Assembly: GCA_964016885.1 (NCBI GenBank)
Contig: OZ024743.1
Span: 269,762,001 to 269,826,000 of the forward strand
DNA: 64,000 nt
From: Eledone cirrhosa
Lineage: Eukaryota
Direction of reading: 5' to 3'
Within the stretch, counting starts at the first letter, position 1, and each line of letters starts with the position of its first letter. Shown piece after piece: positions 11,791 through 25,206 of this stretch. Both the position numbers and the translations under genes were made by a program. The notes beneath the pieces are model-generated. The model saw only the letters and a list, made by a program, of their open reading frames with translations, searched no databases and was not told the origin of the DNA.

Positions 11791-14700
11791 TCTTATATAT
11801 AAAGTGAAGTTGGGCGTTGTTTGTTTCTTTGGTGTCCCGAACTTGCAGGCTACACCGTTCATCCGATTTTCATGAAACTTGACACATATATAATTGGATT
11901 GGAATAGGCTACTTGAAATTTTCGAAAAATCGATAGTCTGGCCCCCAGAAGCCAAAAATCGATATTTTCAAAAATCGTCCGATTTCGATAAAAATTCGAC
12001 GTAAGTGTTACTTTGATCCGCGAATGAACGTGGGCTACATTAAATTTTCGAAAAATCGATAATTGGATCACCAGAGGCAAAAATCGATATTTACGAAATT
12101 TGTCCGATTCCAATGGAATTTGACGTAGGTATGTATTCTGATGCGGGGATCAACGTGGCGTACTTCAAATTTTAAAAAAAATTGATAATCGGACCCCCAG
12201 AGGCAAAATTCCGGCAACCGAAAAACGCCATTCTTCTTGCTTCCATTTGTCGCGACTCTCGCCATGAAAAAAATGTTCAATCTATCAGGATTATCCAACG
12301 TAAGTCTCTTTAAATTAACGCTCATCATATTCAGCAAACCTTTTATGCCGATTCTTCCATTTCTTATATAAGGACTATCAAGACTATACCGCCGCGCATC
12401 ATCCTGTATTGCGCCCAGTCGTCTCAAGCGATCATCGAGCCTCCATGCGCTCTCTTCATTGCCGTGGTCCCACTACCGTAGCATAAAGAGGCATTCGTCA
12501 ACCCCTGCCCTCTCGCTTTCCTGCAAGCCATCGACCTACTGCATCGTTGTGCATCACCATGCGCATCTCTGCCTTGTTTGTCGCAATTCATTCCCCGGCC
12601 CTTTCCATTGCCTGCCCTCCGTGGTCCCTAAGGACTGCTACGGCTCAACATGCCGAATCCCTGCCACCGTCCACCCCTGCCCATTTCCATTGCCTACACT
12701 CCGGGAGAGTTCAAGACTTCCATGCCTGACCAAGCTGCATCCCTGCCACCGTCAACCCCTGCCCTCTCCTTTCCCTGCACGCCGTCGTCCCACTGCATGG
12801 TCATGCCCCACCATGCCATATTACTTCCCTGTCGGCCACCATCCCCTCCTCAGCCCTTTCTTTTGCCTGCCCGCCGTGCTCCTTCAAGACTGCCGTGCCT
12901 AAGCAAGCCGCATCCCTGCCACGATCAAGCCCTGCCCTCTCCCTTCCCTGCACGCCGTCGTCCCACTGCATCGTCATGCCTCACCATGCCGCATCCATAC
13001 TCTATCAGCCGCCATGCCCTCCCCTGCCCTCTCCCTTACCCGCACGCCTTGGTCCTTCACGAGCGCCATGGCGCACCATGCGGAATCCCTGCAACCGTCA
13101 ATCCCAGCCATCTCACTTCCCTGCACGCCGTCAACCCATTGCATCGTTATGCCTCACCATGTCGCATCCATGATCTGTCAGCCGCCATCCTCTCCTCAAC
13201 CTTTTATTTTTCCTGCCCGCCGTGCTCCTTCAAGACTGCCATGCCTAACGAAGCCGCATCCCTGCCACCGTCAACCCCCGCCCTCTCCCTTGCTCGCACG
13301 CCTTGGTCCCTCACGACTGCCATGGCTCACCATGCAGCATTCCTGCCCTGTCAGCAACTTGCTCAAATGTCATCAGCATGGTTTATTCCTGCGCCGCACA
13401 TAACCGCCCATTATCTCAGACCAAAGACAGCACCGAACATGAAGACGATCCTGTGTAAGTCTTTTTACATTCATTTTGACCATATTTAACAAAATTAAAC
13501 AAAAATTCATCCCTTTCTCCTCCAAAGCCTACCGATCATGTATGGCCGATAAACATGCTGCCTTGCACCCGGTTTTCTCAAACAATCATCGTGCCTCCCG
13601 GTGCTTCTATATTCCTGAGGTGCAACTCAATTGGCATGCCGCATCCACGCCCTGTCAGCCGCCATGCACCCTGCCCTTTCGTCATGCCTCATCATGTTGC
13701 ATCCCTGCACTGTCAGCCGCCATCCTCTACCCGACCCTTTCCACTGCCTAGGCAAGGCAGTCTTCAGGGACCAAGTCACATCCCTGCCACCGTCAACCCC
13801 TGCCCTCTCCGTTCCCTGCACGCCGTCGTCCCACTGCATCGTCATGCGTCACCATGCCGCATCAATCCTCTGTCAGCCGCCATCACTCCTCGGCCCTTTC
13901 TGTTGCCTGCCCGCAGTGCTCCTTCAAGACTGCCATGGCTCACCATGCAGCATCCTTGCCACCGTCCACCCCTGCCCTCTTCCTTCCCTGCTGGCCGTCG
14001 TCCCACTACATCGTCATGCCTCAGGATGCCGCATCCATGCACTGTCAGCCACCATTCCCTCCTTGGCCATTTCTTTTGCCTGACCGCCGTGCTCCTTCAA
14101 GACTCCCATGGCTATCTATGCCGCATCAATTCCTTGCCACCCGCTTAAACGTCATCAGCATGGCTTATTGTTGCCCCATTTGACCACCGATTTTCGCAGG
14201 CTAAACACAACACCAACGTGTACGATACTCCATGGTAAATCTTTTTAATTACATGTTCATCATGCTAAGCAAAGGATGAATAGCAACTCCTTCATTTCTC
14301 CTGGCATGCCTTTCTGTCAATTATGGTAGAGAAGCATCCTGTGTAGCATCGTGTCTTCTCAAGCGATCAGCGTGCCTTCCACTGTCCTCACAATTGACTC
14401 ACAACGCCGCATCTATTCTCTGCGACGCCCTAAACATCATCAGCATGGCTTATTTTTCTGCCGCCTTTAACCGGCCCTCATTCTAGGCCATAAACAACAA
14501 AACCGCACGATGATGATGCGGAAGTCTATTTAAATTAATGGTCAACATGTTCAGCAAAACAATTGTACCAATTCTTCCTCTTCACCTCCAAGGCCTATCC
14601 ATTACATCTTAGAGGTCGGGATTCGCAATTTCTACGATTTCAATATTGACACAACAGTCCATCAGGTTTTTCGGCACATGTTGCTCCGATAGGAATGTCA

Positions 14701-15942
14701 ACGTGATTTTCACTTAATTCGTAAGTGTTCAGTCTTCCGTATGCTTTTATTTTTTATTGATACAACACCGACTACAATCATCTAACTTCACTTTGTAGGC
14801 TAGACGCGAATCACAAGGAAAACAATCCTCTGATATACAACCCCACCAAATTCTTTGGTCTACCTAGATTTCAATGGCTATATCCTTTGCTTTTATACGG
14901 TTGTACATTTGACAATGTCGCAAAACATTATTCCACTTGATTCTTACCTTTCAGCTATGAATTGGGCAGTGCCTTAAAATCTCGGTTTATTTGCGTGCAA
15001 TGTTTTGGTATCTTATGAATGGAGAAAACCCTTTTTCTCATAACCTGGTACATCCGTTACACATGCTCCATGGATGTTTGTGGACTATTTTTTCAAAATA
15101 CCAATATCACAGATTGGAGCACAAATAGAAACGTTTGTTCTTCATTTATTTCGGTTAAAGAATCCTGCTGGAATTTAGCGCAGACCCGTTTAAATCCAGC
15201 GCCTTATAACCCCGAGTGTAACCGGGTACACCAGCTAGAAAGACTAATGGAAACATTGTTTCCTCGGTCCGATTTGACGAAAGTAGATTTAGTTCCACAA
15301 CAAATTAACAAACCATACTTGAAGACACGTTGAGGTTGTTGCAAAGGGCAATAACCCTAGACACAATTTTGATCAACTTTTTTTCACCTATAGCAAATTT
15401 ACCGGGACAGGATTTTAGCTACTCAAATCTACTTCAGAGGTCACGCATTCATGTAAAAAATCAATAAAACTGAAGCGGGGTTCGACTTTGCGCAAAAAAC
15501 AAGGCAAAGTTGCACATGGAGAAACTGTTTACAGGAACGTCCGATTTTCTTGAAAACTGTCGCAAAAGACTCGCCATTATGCCGCGGTTCAGATAAAGTC
15601 CATTTTATTTCTTCTTCTGCACATATGAGCGCGAAAATTGTAAAAAAAAAAAAACTGTGAAAAAATCGACTTTTTCACCCTGCTTTAAAAATCAATTGAA
15701 AATTCAATTTCAAGTGAATTTGACTTCCGTCAGTCGTGCAAAGAACAATTTCAACGATACACTGTGAACCTATAATTGATCCATTATTTATGCTCAATTA
15801 CACACCTGCGTCTACTAACCTGTTTTTTTCCTTGAGGTTCGAAGGTTTTTGCACCTGTGATGCGCGGGAAGTAACTTTCACACATTTTAACAACAGAGCA
15901 AAGGTCGACTTACACCCGGGCAACGCCGGGTACTTCTGCTAG
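11791..15942 (+). mobile_element. Non-autonomous composite Helitron
   Basis: 5' A|TCttatatataaag; 3' GC hairpin acccgggcaacgccgggt followed by CTAG|T at 15939-15943; a second internal hairpin + CTAG at about 15209-15238; no TSD; no Rep/helicase ORF. Confidence 0.85.
12290..14610. repeat. GC-rich degenerate tandem repeat array inside the Helitron, with a second AT-richer module repeated four times
   Basis: Recurrent gctccttcaagactgccatg / gcatccctgccaccgtcaacccctgccctct / cctgcacgccgtcgtcccactgcatcgtcatgcc. A module beginning aagtct.tttaaatt recurs near 12302, 13457, 14237 and 14522. Confidence 0.85.
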
Positions 15943-15948
15943 TATATA

Positions 15949-16035
<87 letters not shown>

Positions 16036-16232
16036 ATATATATATATATATATGTGTGTGTGCGTGTGTGTGTGTATGTGTGTACGTGTGTGTTATTGTA
16101 TCGAATACTACTCTGGTTTGTAGTTTTCCCTGTCCTCGTATCGCAGACAATCAATCAATCAATATATATACGGTAGGTTTGTGTATATGGGTTATTGCCA
16201 CTATCTTTCTCAACAGAAAATATTGTCGAAAT

Positions 16233-16317
16233 ATTTGGTCGTCAAGTATGAAATGTGTAGAAAATGTTAGAAAGAACACAACTTTCTACAAATTTCATAC
16301 TTGACGACCCAATATTT
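16233..16317. repeat. Short inverted repeat (about 31-bp arms)
   Basis: aatatttggtcgtcaagtatgaaatgtgtagaaa / tttctacaaatttcatacttgacgacccaatatt. Confidence 0.7.
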
Positions 16318-16716
16318 GCAACAACAGACATGAACTATTGTTAAACTGTGCGATGAATTAACTTTATCGTTCAATGTAGGATGATCTGAGTTATTTGTTT
16401 GTTATGGAATAGGAAAGTAGAGATTCGCTGAAAATAGCTGGGCAGTGATTTGCCCACCATTACCGCTCTGCCTACAGAATAGCATTATGGTTCAGAGTCG
16501 TAACAACCAATAAACGCCGAACAGTGTCCGATGATATTAACTCCTTATGGCCAAGGGTATATCCATCGAAGGTGAATATAAACATCTTTTTGAAGATGGA
16601 AATAACCCTACGTTAGCAAGGTAAGGATTCGAATCTGACTTCATCAATTACATGTTTTCTTTTGCAGTGGACAGTATGTTTAGTTCCAACAATATATAAC
16701 ATGAATGACGTAATAG

Positions 16717-16911
16717 CTGTTTCTACTATTGGCACAAGGCCATCAATTATCCCAGTGCATTACTGGTACTTTATTTTATCGACCCCGTAAGGATGAAAGG
16801 CCAAGTTAACCTCGACGGGATTTAAACTCAGATCATAAAGGGAAGTAACTCTATGCTCCAAAGCACGGCGTCCGACCCTCTACCGATACTGCCAATCCAC
16901 AGCCCTTGATT
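16717..16911 (-). mobile_element. tRNA-derived SINE, complete, with TSD
   Basis: Same family as 2069-2252; aatgacgtaatag duplicated at 16704-16716 and 16912-16924. Confidence 0.85.
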
Positions 16912-17178
16912 AATGACGTAATAGTAAGAACATCTTTAATATTAATTACTAAACTCAGCCAATTTATATATACCTGGAAGCAAATAACATTACCTCTATA
17001 TATAATGATTTGAACTTTTTACGTTTTCCTGTAGTCTTGCCATATTCTCTCTCTTTCTCTCTCCATCTCTCTCTCTCTCTTTCTCTCTCTCTCTTTCTCT
17101 CTCACTCTCTCTCTCTCACTCACTTTCTCCCTCACTCTCTCTCTCTTCCATTATCTCTTTGCTTATATATATACATAG

Positions 17179-17248
<70 letters not shown>

Positions 17249-17273
17249 GCGAGTGTGTGCGCGTAAGCTTTTG

Positions 17274-17376
<103 letters not shown>

Positions 17377-17460
17377 CAAAAGTAAACAGAAATTACAGAT
17401 CAAAAGGCATCCTATAATGAAGAAATGTAGTTCACGCTTGACATAGTAGGAAAAGAGTAT

Positions 17461-17496
17461 GAACGTTTCGGACACTAGTTCTTCATCAGAGGACAG
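17461..17496 (-). ncRNA. Degenerate minimal hammerhead ribozyme core
   Basis: Minus strand CTGATGA agaactagtgtcc GAAA cgtt; palindromic AACGTT stem III; stems I and II are imperfect. Confidence 0.4.
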
Positions 17497-17549
17497 ACTG
17501 AAAAATAAAAGATGAAATAGAAAGATAGAATGAGAAGAGGATGTATGTA

Positions 17550-17622
<73 letters not shown>

Positions 17623-17820
17623 GTAGTGTATAGACCAAGAGTTTAGTATATACACATTATTAGACGCTTCGTAGATGTAAATATCTCTAACTCATGTAAA
17701 AGGTATCTGATGGATTGAGATCTGTTTAAGTATATGAAACAACTGGTAATGCATAAATAAGTAAACTGCTGATATACAAACTCTCAACTTCAGTGGTTTT
17801 CTTTCTTTTGTACTTACAGC

Positions 17821-17930
<110 letters not shown>

Positions 17931-17960
17931 TGCATCTCACTTTCTCTCTCTCTTTCTGTG

Positions 17961-18005
<45 letters not shown>

Positions 18006-18290
18006 ACAGTATTTATATATAAATAATGAATGGATATATATATATGTTTATATATATATGTGTGTGTCCATCGGTATGTCTGCGCATGTGTATGTATGCT
18101 GAACGATGCATTTAACATTTTCAAACTACTTCACTTCACTACACTACTAGGCAAGGCTAGTCAAGAGCAAAAGTAAAAAAATAAAGAAAAAAATACCCCC
18201 ACCACGCCCATTACAACTACCAACGACAAGAACTACAATAAAGCCAGCACCAGCCACTACAGTAATGCACAGAGGCACACAAACACTTAC

Positions 18291-18500
18291 CTAAACGAAA
18301 TGAAAGTGTATAGAAGTAATGCGAGTGTTGTCAGTGTATAGCGATATGAGGAAAATTTCCTGATTTCATAGAAAATCTTAGTAAAGATGGCTGCCGAGAT
18401 TTTGTGATCTTGATTATTGACACGTAAAGATATTTCCCAGTTTTCTCACATCGCAAACATCACAACGCTTTCAAACAGCTTCCAACAAATAAATCTCTAC
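18291..18500 (-). other. Candidate non-coding (5' UTR) exon
   Basis: Unique sequence ending in a consensus donor tag|GTAAGT (plus-strand acttac 18285-18290); the upstream boundary is a guess. Confidence 0.2.
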
Positions 18501-18638
18501 TGACCACACACACACTTACACAAACACAGAAACACATACCCATACACACCGACTCACTCAGAAGCACACACCGCCTCCCCTATCCGCGAGAGCACACTCA
18601 CAAACATATACATGCTTATATACATATATATACATATA

Positions 18639-18705
<67 letters not shown>

Positions 18706-18925
18706 CAGACACACATATGTATATGTGTATATATATATATTTATTACATTTATTTACGTTCTGTGAGTTTTTGTCGGTTAATTCTTCATTTCGTTCTTTT
18801 GCTTTGCTGCTCTACAATACTACCATACACACACACGTACACACATTGACACACACCAGCAGACACACACAAACACACACACACACACATAACACACACA
18901 CACACAAACACACACAAACACACAG

Positions 18926-18984
<59 letters not shown>

Positions 18985-19014
18985 CACACACACACACACA
19001 CAAACACAAACACA

Positions 19015-19123
<109 letters not shown>

Positions 19124-19367
19124 ACATGTTTGTGTATGTATATGCATCCACGTCTGCACATGCGTGTGGCTGTTGATATGAAATCAGATACATATTGGAG
19201 TTATGTTAAATATATATAAACATATACACATGTAAATATACAGACACAATAACACCACCCACGTATAAGACGTGTGTGTGTGATTTTAATTGTTCAGTCT
19301 GGTATGGTTAAATAATATAGTTATATACATCTATACATACATACATGCACACACACATACACACACA

Positions 19368-19448
<81 letters not shown>

Positions 19449-19558
19449 TATATATATATATGTGTATATATATATATATATATACATAAAAATGTGTTCA
19501 TGTATATTTGTATATATGTATAGAGGGATGTGTGTGAGCGTATATATATATATACATA

Positions 19559-19649
<91 letters not shown>

Positions 19650-19713
19650 AATATATATATACATATATATACATATATATATATACATATATATACACAC
19701 ATATATATATGTA

Positions 19714-19777
<64 letters not shown>

Positions 19778-20267
19778 TACGTACATACATACATACATAC
19801 ATACATACATACATACTTTCATACGTATGTACACATTTACATATCAACACACTATGTGTAGCTCTGTTTAAAGGAATGAATTGTGTGTTTTTTTATGATC
19901 GAGTGTTCTGAGTAAGTATGTGTATGTGTTGCTTACATATACATCTAAGCATGCGTCTTCATTTCTGAACACCTATAGCATACACACACATGGCATACAT
20001 ACATACATACATACAATCAGTCTTACACGCATATACACACTGGCAGTCATATATATACAGACAACCACACGCACATTACAAACATAGACGAATTTATATA
20101 CCAGCAAATTATCCATACATATATACACAGATTGGTATACAATTGATTAGATATATCCCGACATATAGACATATATGGAATATGATTTATAGGTAGACAG
20201 ATAGATTCAAATATCTACAGATACATGCATTCATGCATACGCAACGAAATATATATGAGTATATATG

Positions 20268-20351
<84 letters not shown>

Positions 20352-20408
20352 CATAACATAGCCATACATATTTCTGTAAATATTTATATGTATATTTATG
20401 TATATATG

Positions 20409-20503
<95 letters not shown>

Positions 20504-20504
<1 letters not shown>

Positions 20505-20695
20505 AGGAAAAAGTATGACCCCAACGGCAGAGCTCAAGCCGTTTTTCCGGCTATTTCTGAGTCCAGAAATATCCGTCGAAACGGCTTGAGCCCTGCCGTC
20601 GGGGTCATAATTTTTCCTAATTCCCACTCTACTACCCTAAGTATTGAGTACTCCGGTGCGTTATGGTCCATCTGGTTCCTTACCACAATTCCTTT
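20504..20695 (+). mobile_element. Fold-back element, second member of the 2426 family
   Basis: Hairpin taggaaaaagtatgacccc...ggggtcataatttttccta, then the shared tail cccactctactaccctaagtattgagta...ggtccatctggttccttaccaca; flanked by (TA)n. Confidence 0.75.
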
Positions 20696-20739
20696 GTTAT
20701 ATATATATATATATATATATATACACCCTCACAAAGTAT

Positions 20740-20837
<98 letters not shown>

Positions 20838-20904
20838 TCATATATCTATACATACAATATATGTATATATATATAGATCTCGAATATACACATATTTGCA
20901 TAAA

Positions 20905-20979
<75 letters not shown>

Positions 20980-21439
20980 TTACATTTATTCATATATACA
21001 TACGTACATATATACATAGACAACCCTTACCCTATTTGAGTTTTTGTACAGTGTAATATTTATATGCTCTTAGAACAAAACCACTAGTCACTGTTGATAT
21101 CAGTTATTTTACTTGCTACCATTTAGTTGTAAGGCTTTTCTTTCTAGTCTACCGTTCAAACAGCTATTTAAGTACTCAGGCCATTTTCGGGGCTTAAGTT
21201 CGAATCGAGTAAATCATAGAGATGAAAGGAATAACAGAAAGTGATGAATTACGATCGGAAACAGGTACTTTTAGATTAGCAATTCAAAAATTCTTCAAGT
21301 ACAGTACTAAACTACCTCACCAACAAAATGTATGGATATATATACAAGATTTATACATACGTACATACATAAATGCGTACATATATACATATATATATAT
21401 ATATACACTCATACTCATATACATACATACACACACACG

Positions 21440-21496
<57 letters not shown>

Positions 21497-21520
21497 GCAA
21501 GCATACAAACACACGTGCCC

Positions 21521-21556
<36 letters not shown>

Positions 21557-21652
21557 GTATATGCACACTTCACATAGTTATACAATAGATCTAAAACTGT
21601 GACGGGCTGGGTTCGCAACATCAAATATATGGTATGTAAGAATGTATGTATG

Positions 21653-21686
<34 letters not shown>

Positions 21687-21779
21687 CGTACGTATGTATG
21701 TATATATATGTATGTATGTATGTATATATGTATGTATGTATGTACGTATGTATGTATATATGTATGTATGTATGTTTTT

Positions 21780-22078
21780 GGTAAATATCATCTTGGTTAA
21801 GAGAGTGGGACTGGCTTTATGCAGTGCCTTTGTTCACTATAAAAGTTTCACGGCACAGGCATTGCTTTATATCTGGAGATCTCTCTGCACTTGCCATCAC
21901 ATGGTACCATGGGCCCAGCACTATGTGTCAATAATTGTCACAAGTGTAGTGTTTGTACCAGAGTTTTCATGTCCCTGGCTGGACTAAAAAGTCACACTCG
22001 TTCAGCGCATCGGTAAGGGTTCTCCTACATGGATATAAAGTAGTGGCCGTACTCGAAAACGAGCTGGCAGCCACCATA
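21780..22078 (+). mobile_element. 3' fragment of an RTE LINE related to the 28852 element
   Basis: Encodes CSVCTRVFMSLAGLKSHTRSAH (compare CRLCARHFRSLAGLKSHIRS); ends ggccgtactcgaaaacgagctggcagccaccat, like 32459-32493; embedded in (TATG)n. Confidence 0.75.
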
Positions 22079-22383
22079 TATGTATGTATATATATTTATA
22101 TTTATAGCAGACACCATGTATGTATGTACGTATGTACGTATGTATGTACGTATGTATGTATATATGTATGTATGTATATATGTATGTACGTATGTATGTC
22201 GGGGGTAACCATTATTAGTAAGGTACTCAATATATTAGTAGATATATATAGGCATATTTGCATACACGCATACTCACACACATATACGTACATACATACG
22301 TACATACATGCACACTTTCCTGATGGTTTCTTTTGAATGAAACATTTCTAGTCCTATAGAAGCCATTTTTATATTAAACATGC

Positions 22384-22431
<48 letters not shown>

Positions 22432-22432
<1 letters not shown>

Positions 22433-22757
22433 TTATACTTTGGGAGGGTCATGTTGCCAATAAGAAACACACGCACCAGTTGCTTTCACTTCAATTTATT
22501 ATAATAAATTTATAAATTTAGGAATTTATAGGAGAGGCACAAAAAACAAAGAAAAGAATCCCCAGTCACTGAAGAGGTCACAGAATGTGTGACGAAAGAA
22601 CTTTGACAATATATAAACAACCATCTGGTTGTGGAACCAACCAACCAACCGGAAATTTATAAATTCATAAATTTATAAATTTATTATAATAAATTGAAGT
22701 GAAAGCAACTGGTGCGTATGTTTCTTATTGGCAACATGACCCTCCTAAAGTATAACA
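22432..22757 (+). mobile_element. Inverted-repeat element (about 100-bp arms) with a hammerhead-like core at 22565-22607
   Basis: Arms 22432-22530 / 22658-22757; gtca CTGAAGA g gtcaca-gaatg-tgtgac GAAA gaactt tgac. Confidence 0.7.
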
Positions 22758-22814
22758 ATATCGGTTTCAACACACGTTTTCAGATAAACAAATTCAGAAA
22801 CTAAATATATATAT

Positions 22815-22891
<77 letters not shown>

Positions 22892-22948
22892 TAAAAAATA
22901 ATGAATAAAACAATGAAACAGTTCCTTATATTAAACAAAAAAAGTTCA

Positions 22949-23094
22949 TTATTTAACGATCGTTTCTAGGATATATATGTGTTAGAATTGGCATGCATAT
23001 TCAACAGATCTATGGACAAAATTATACAAAATTATACAAACTATCAAGATTAAATATACATACCAACACATATATATGCCGTCTTCAGAAATAA
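22949..23094 (-). ncRNA. Hammerhead ribozyme-like motif with a greatly extended stem II
   Basis: Minus strand ttattt CTGAAGA [about 110-nt imperfect hairpin atatatatgtgtt...aacacatatatat] GAAA cgatcgtt a aataa; palindromic stem III AACGATCGTT. Confidence 0.55.
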
Positions 23095-23132
23095 TATAAT
23101 TTATATTTATATTTATATATATATATATAAAT

Positions 23133-23907
23133 ATAAATATAAATTTAGCGAGAATCGCATTTCGGTGAGTAGAAATTAGCGAAACGCAACTTCAGAATTG
23201 TGTTGGCGAGCGCTCAATGGATATGAGCATACCAGAGCTATAAACATAAGTTTAAAAGGCCATACAAACTTAAAAGGCCATACAAAACTGAGACGATGGT
23301 TAAGAAGCTATTAACGACCTAAGCCAAAAAAGCGAGCAAGCTAAGCTGGTCAAACAAAATATGATATGATTGAAATATTTACCCGGACCGTCGGGAATGA
23401 TGGTAAAATCCGATATAGGGTTTCTGCGACACCTAAATCAATAATACTGTCTGCTTATAAAAAATATTAAGCTTTTGGTATAATGATCGAATAAGGATAT
23501 CACTTTATCAACAGGCACTGTGTTCTGCGTGTGCCAGGATCTCACAGTTTTCGAAAGCACATGTGAACCCCAAAGGGGAGAAAACCTCTAGTTTTGACAA
23601 ATGAATTCAGTGTGTGTAGTCATTGCAAAAATTTGCAAAAATAGCACAAAACGAACTAAGCTCTCGACCGAATAGTTTTTAAGATAAACTTAAGCTATTA
23701 ATCAGTCAATAGAATTAACTAAAAAAAATCAAAAAAATTAACTGGTTAATTGCTAGACATGGGAGATTAATACAAATATAAATTTAGCGAGAATCGCATT
23801 TCGGTGAGTAGAAATTAGCGAAACACAACTTCTGAATTGTGTTGGCGAGCACTCAATGGATATGAGGATACCAGAGCTATAAACATAAGTTTAAAAGGCC
23901 ATACAAA
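23133..23907. repeat. About 135-bp direct repeats (23133-23268, 23773-23907) bracketing a ~500-bp spacer
   Basis: aaatataaatttagcgagaatcgcatttcggtgag...aaggccatacaaa occurs twice with few substitutions. Confidence 0.85.
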
Positions 23908-23999
23908 TATATATTCAAACACATAGAAATGTATATGTATGTATATCTGTATTTATATCTTCTATTCACATAGTATACTCGGCATAATCTCGGCGTGAT

Positions 24000-24118
24000 G
24001 GCTCTTTACGTTCTGAGTTCAAATCCCGCCGAGATTAACTTTGCCATCCATCCTTACGAGGTCAATAAAATAAAGTACCAGTAATTGCTGGCCTTGTGCC
24101 AAAATTAGAAACAAATAT
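24000..24118 (+). mobile_element. 5'-truncated SINE copy
   Basis: ctttacgttctgagttcaaatcccgccgag...ggccttgtgccaaaattagaaac. Confidence 0.8.
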
Positions 24119-24372
24119 TAAGTATTGTCTTCTCCATAAATTTTTATATAATACAATTACTACTAAAATAAACACCTCCACCAGCACCACTACTACTACT
24201 ACTACTAATACTACTACTACTACTACTAATACTACTACTACTAAAATTATTAGAAACTAAACAATGAATGACTTTATACGCCAATGAGGGGAATGAATCA
24301 CTGCTTTCGAATCTTGTCTGGAGATTTCAATCTAATTTTCTGAGCATTGCTCGCCTTCACCCCCTTTCTCTC

Positions 24373-24433
<61 letters not shown>

Positions 24434-24683
24434 CTCTCAATCTCTCTCTCTCTCTCTCTCTCCCCCTCTCTCCCACCTCTTTCACTCCGTCTGTATATAT
24501 ATATATATATAAAATCAAGGGAGTGTAAATACTGAAAAAATCTTTAAAAATAATAAATAAATTCTAAAACATTCACTGTACTCACTATATATATATATAT
24601 TTGCTCTACGGTTCTTATATATTTGATATATATTTATCCTTATCGAGCCCTCTTTGTATTTTAGTCTTCAAATTTATTATTAT

Positions 24684-24725
<42 letters not shown>

Positions 24726-24758
24726 ATATATATATTTGTATATATATATATATATTTG

Positions 24759-24802
<44 letters not shown>

Positions 24803-25045
24803 CGGGGGAGGGTATATGGATGCCCGATATATATCAGGTGTTGCCAGTTAAAAAAAGGTACTCAATGCGTTAAATGTGTATAGTCATAATTATTTTATTA
24901 TCGAAATGACTTCTACATGACTAGAACTTTTTCATTATTAAGAAATCATCAGGATGTATAAATATTCGAAACCATTATTTATGCGTCTTTTACTTGATTT
25001 ATGCAAATATACTCAAAGGACGGAGCAGTCCTGTATATATGCATA

Positions 25046-25206
25046 GAGGGTTGGACGCCATGCTTTCTAGCATAGTTACGTCGCTTTACATTCTGAGTTC
25101 AAATCCAGCCGAGGTTAACTTTGCCTTTCATCCTTACGGGGTCGATAAAGTAAAGTACCAGTAATGTACTGGATAAATTGCTGGCCTTGTGCCTAAAGTA
25201 GAAACA
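25046..25206 (+). mobile_element. SINE flanked by a 72-bp direct duplication
   Basis: 24974-25045 is identical to 25207-25278; a diverged inverted copy of the same segment lies at about 25287-25350. Confidence 0.85.

Noticed and set aside
12459-14183. Several overlapping Pro/His/Cys-rich plus-strand ORFs
   Set aside because: Multiple frames are open because of the C-rich tandem repeat; no consistent frame or domain.
16478-16667. Plus-strand splice-like signals (cctacag, aag|gtaagg, ttttgcag)
   Set aside because: No frame is open across the putative exon, and the implied intron is only about 47 nt.
24915-24956. Minus-strand CTGATGA...GAAA
   Set aside because: No credible stem I, II or III pairing; it could be chance in AT-rich DNA.
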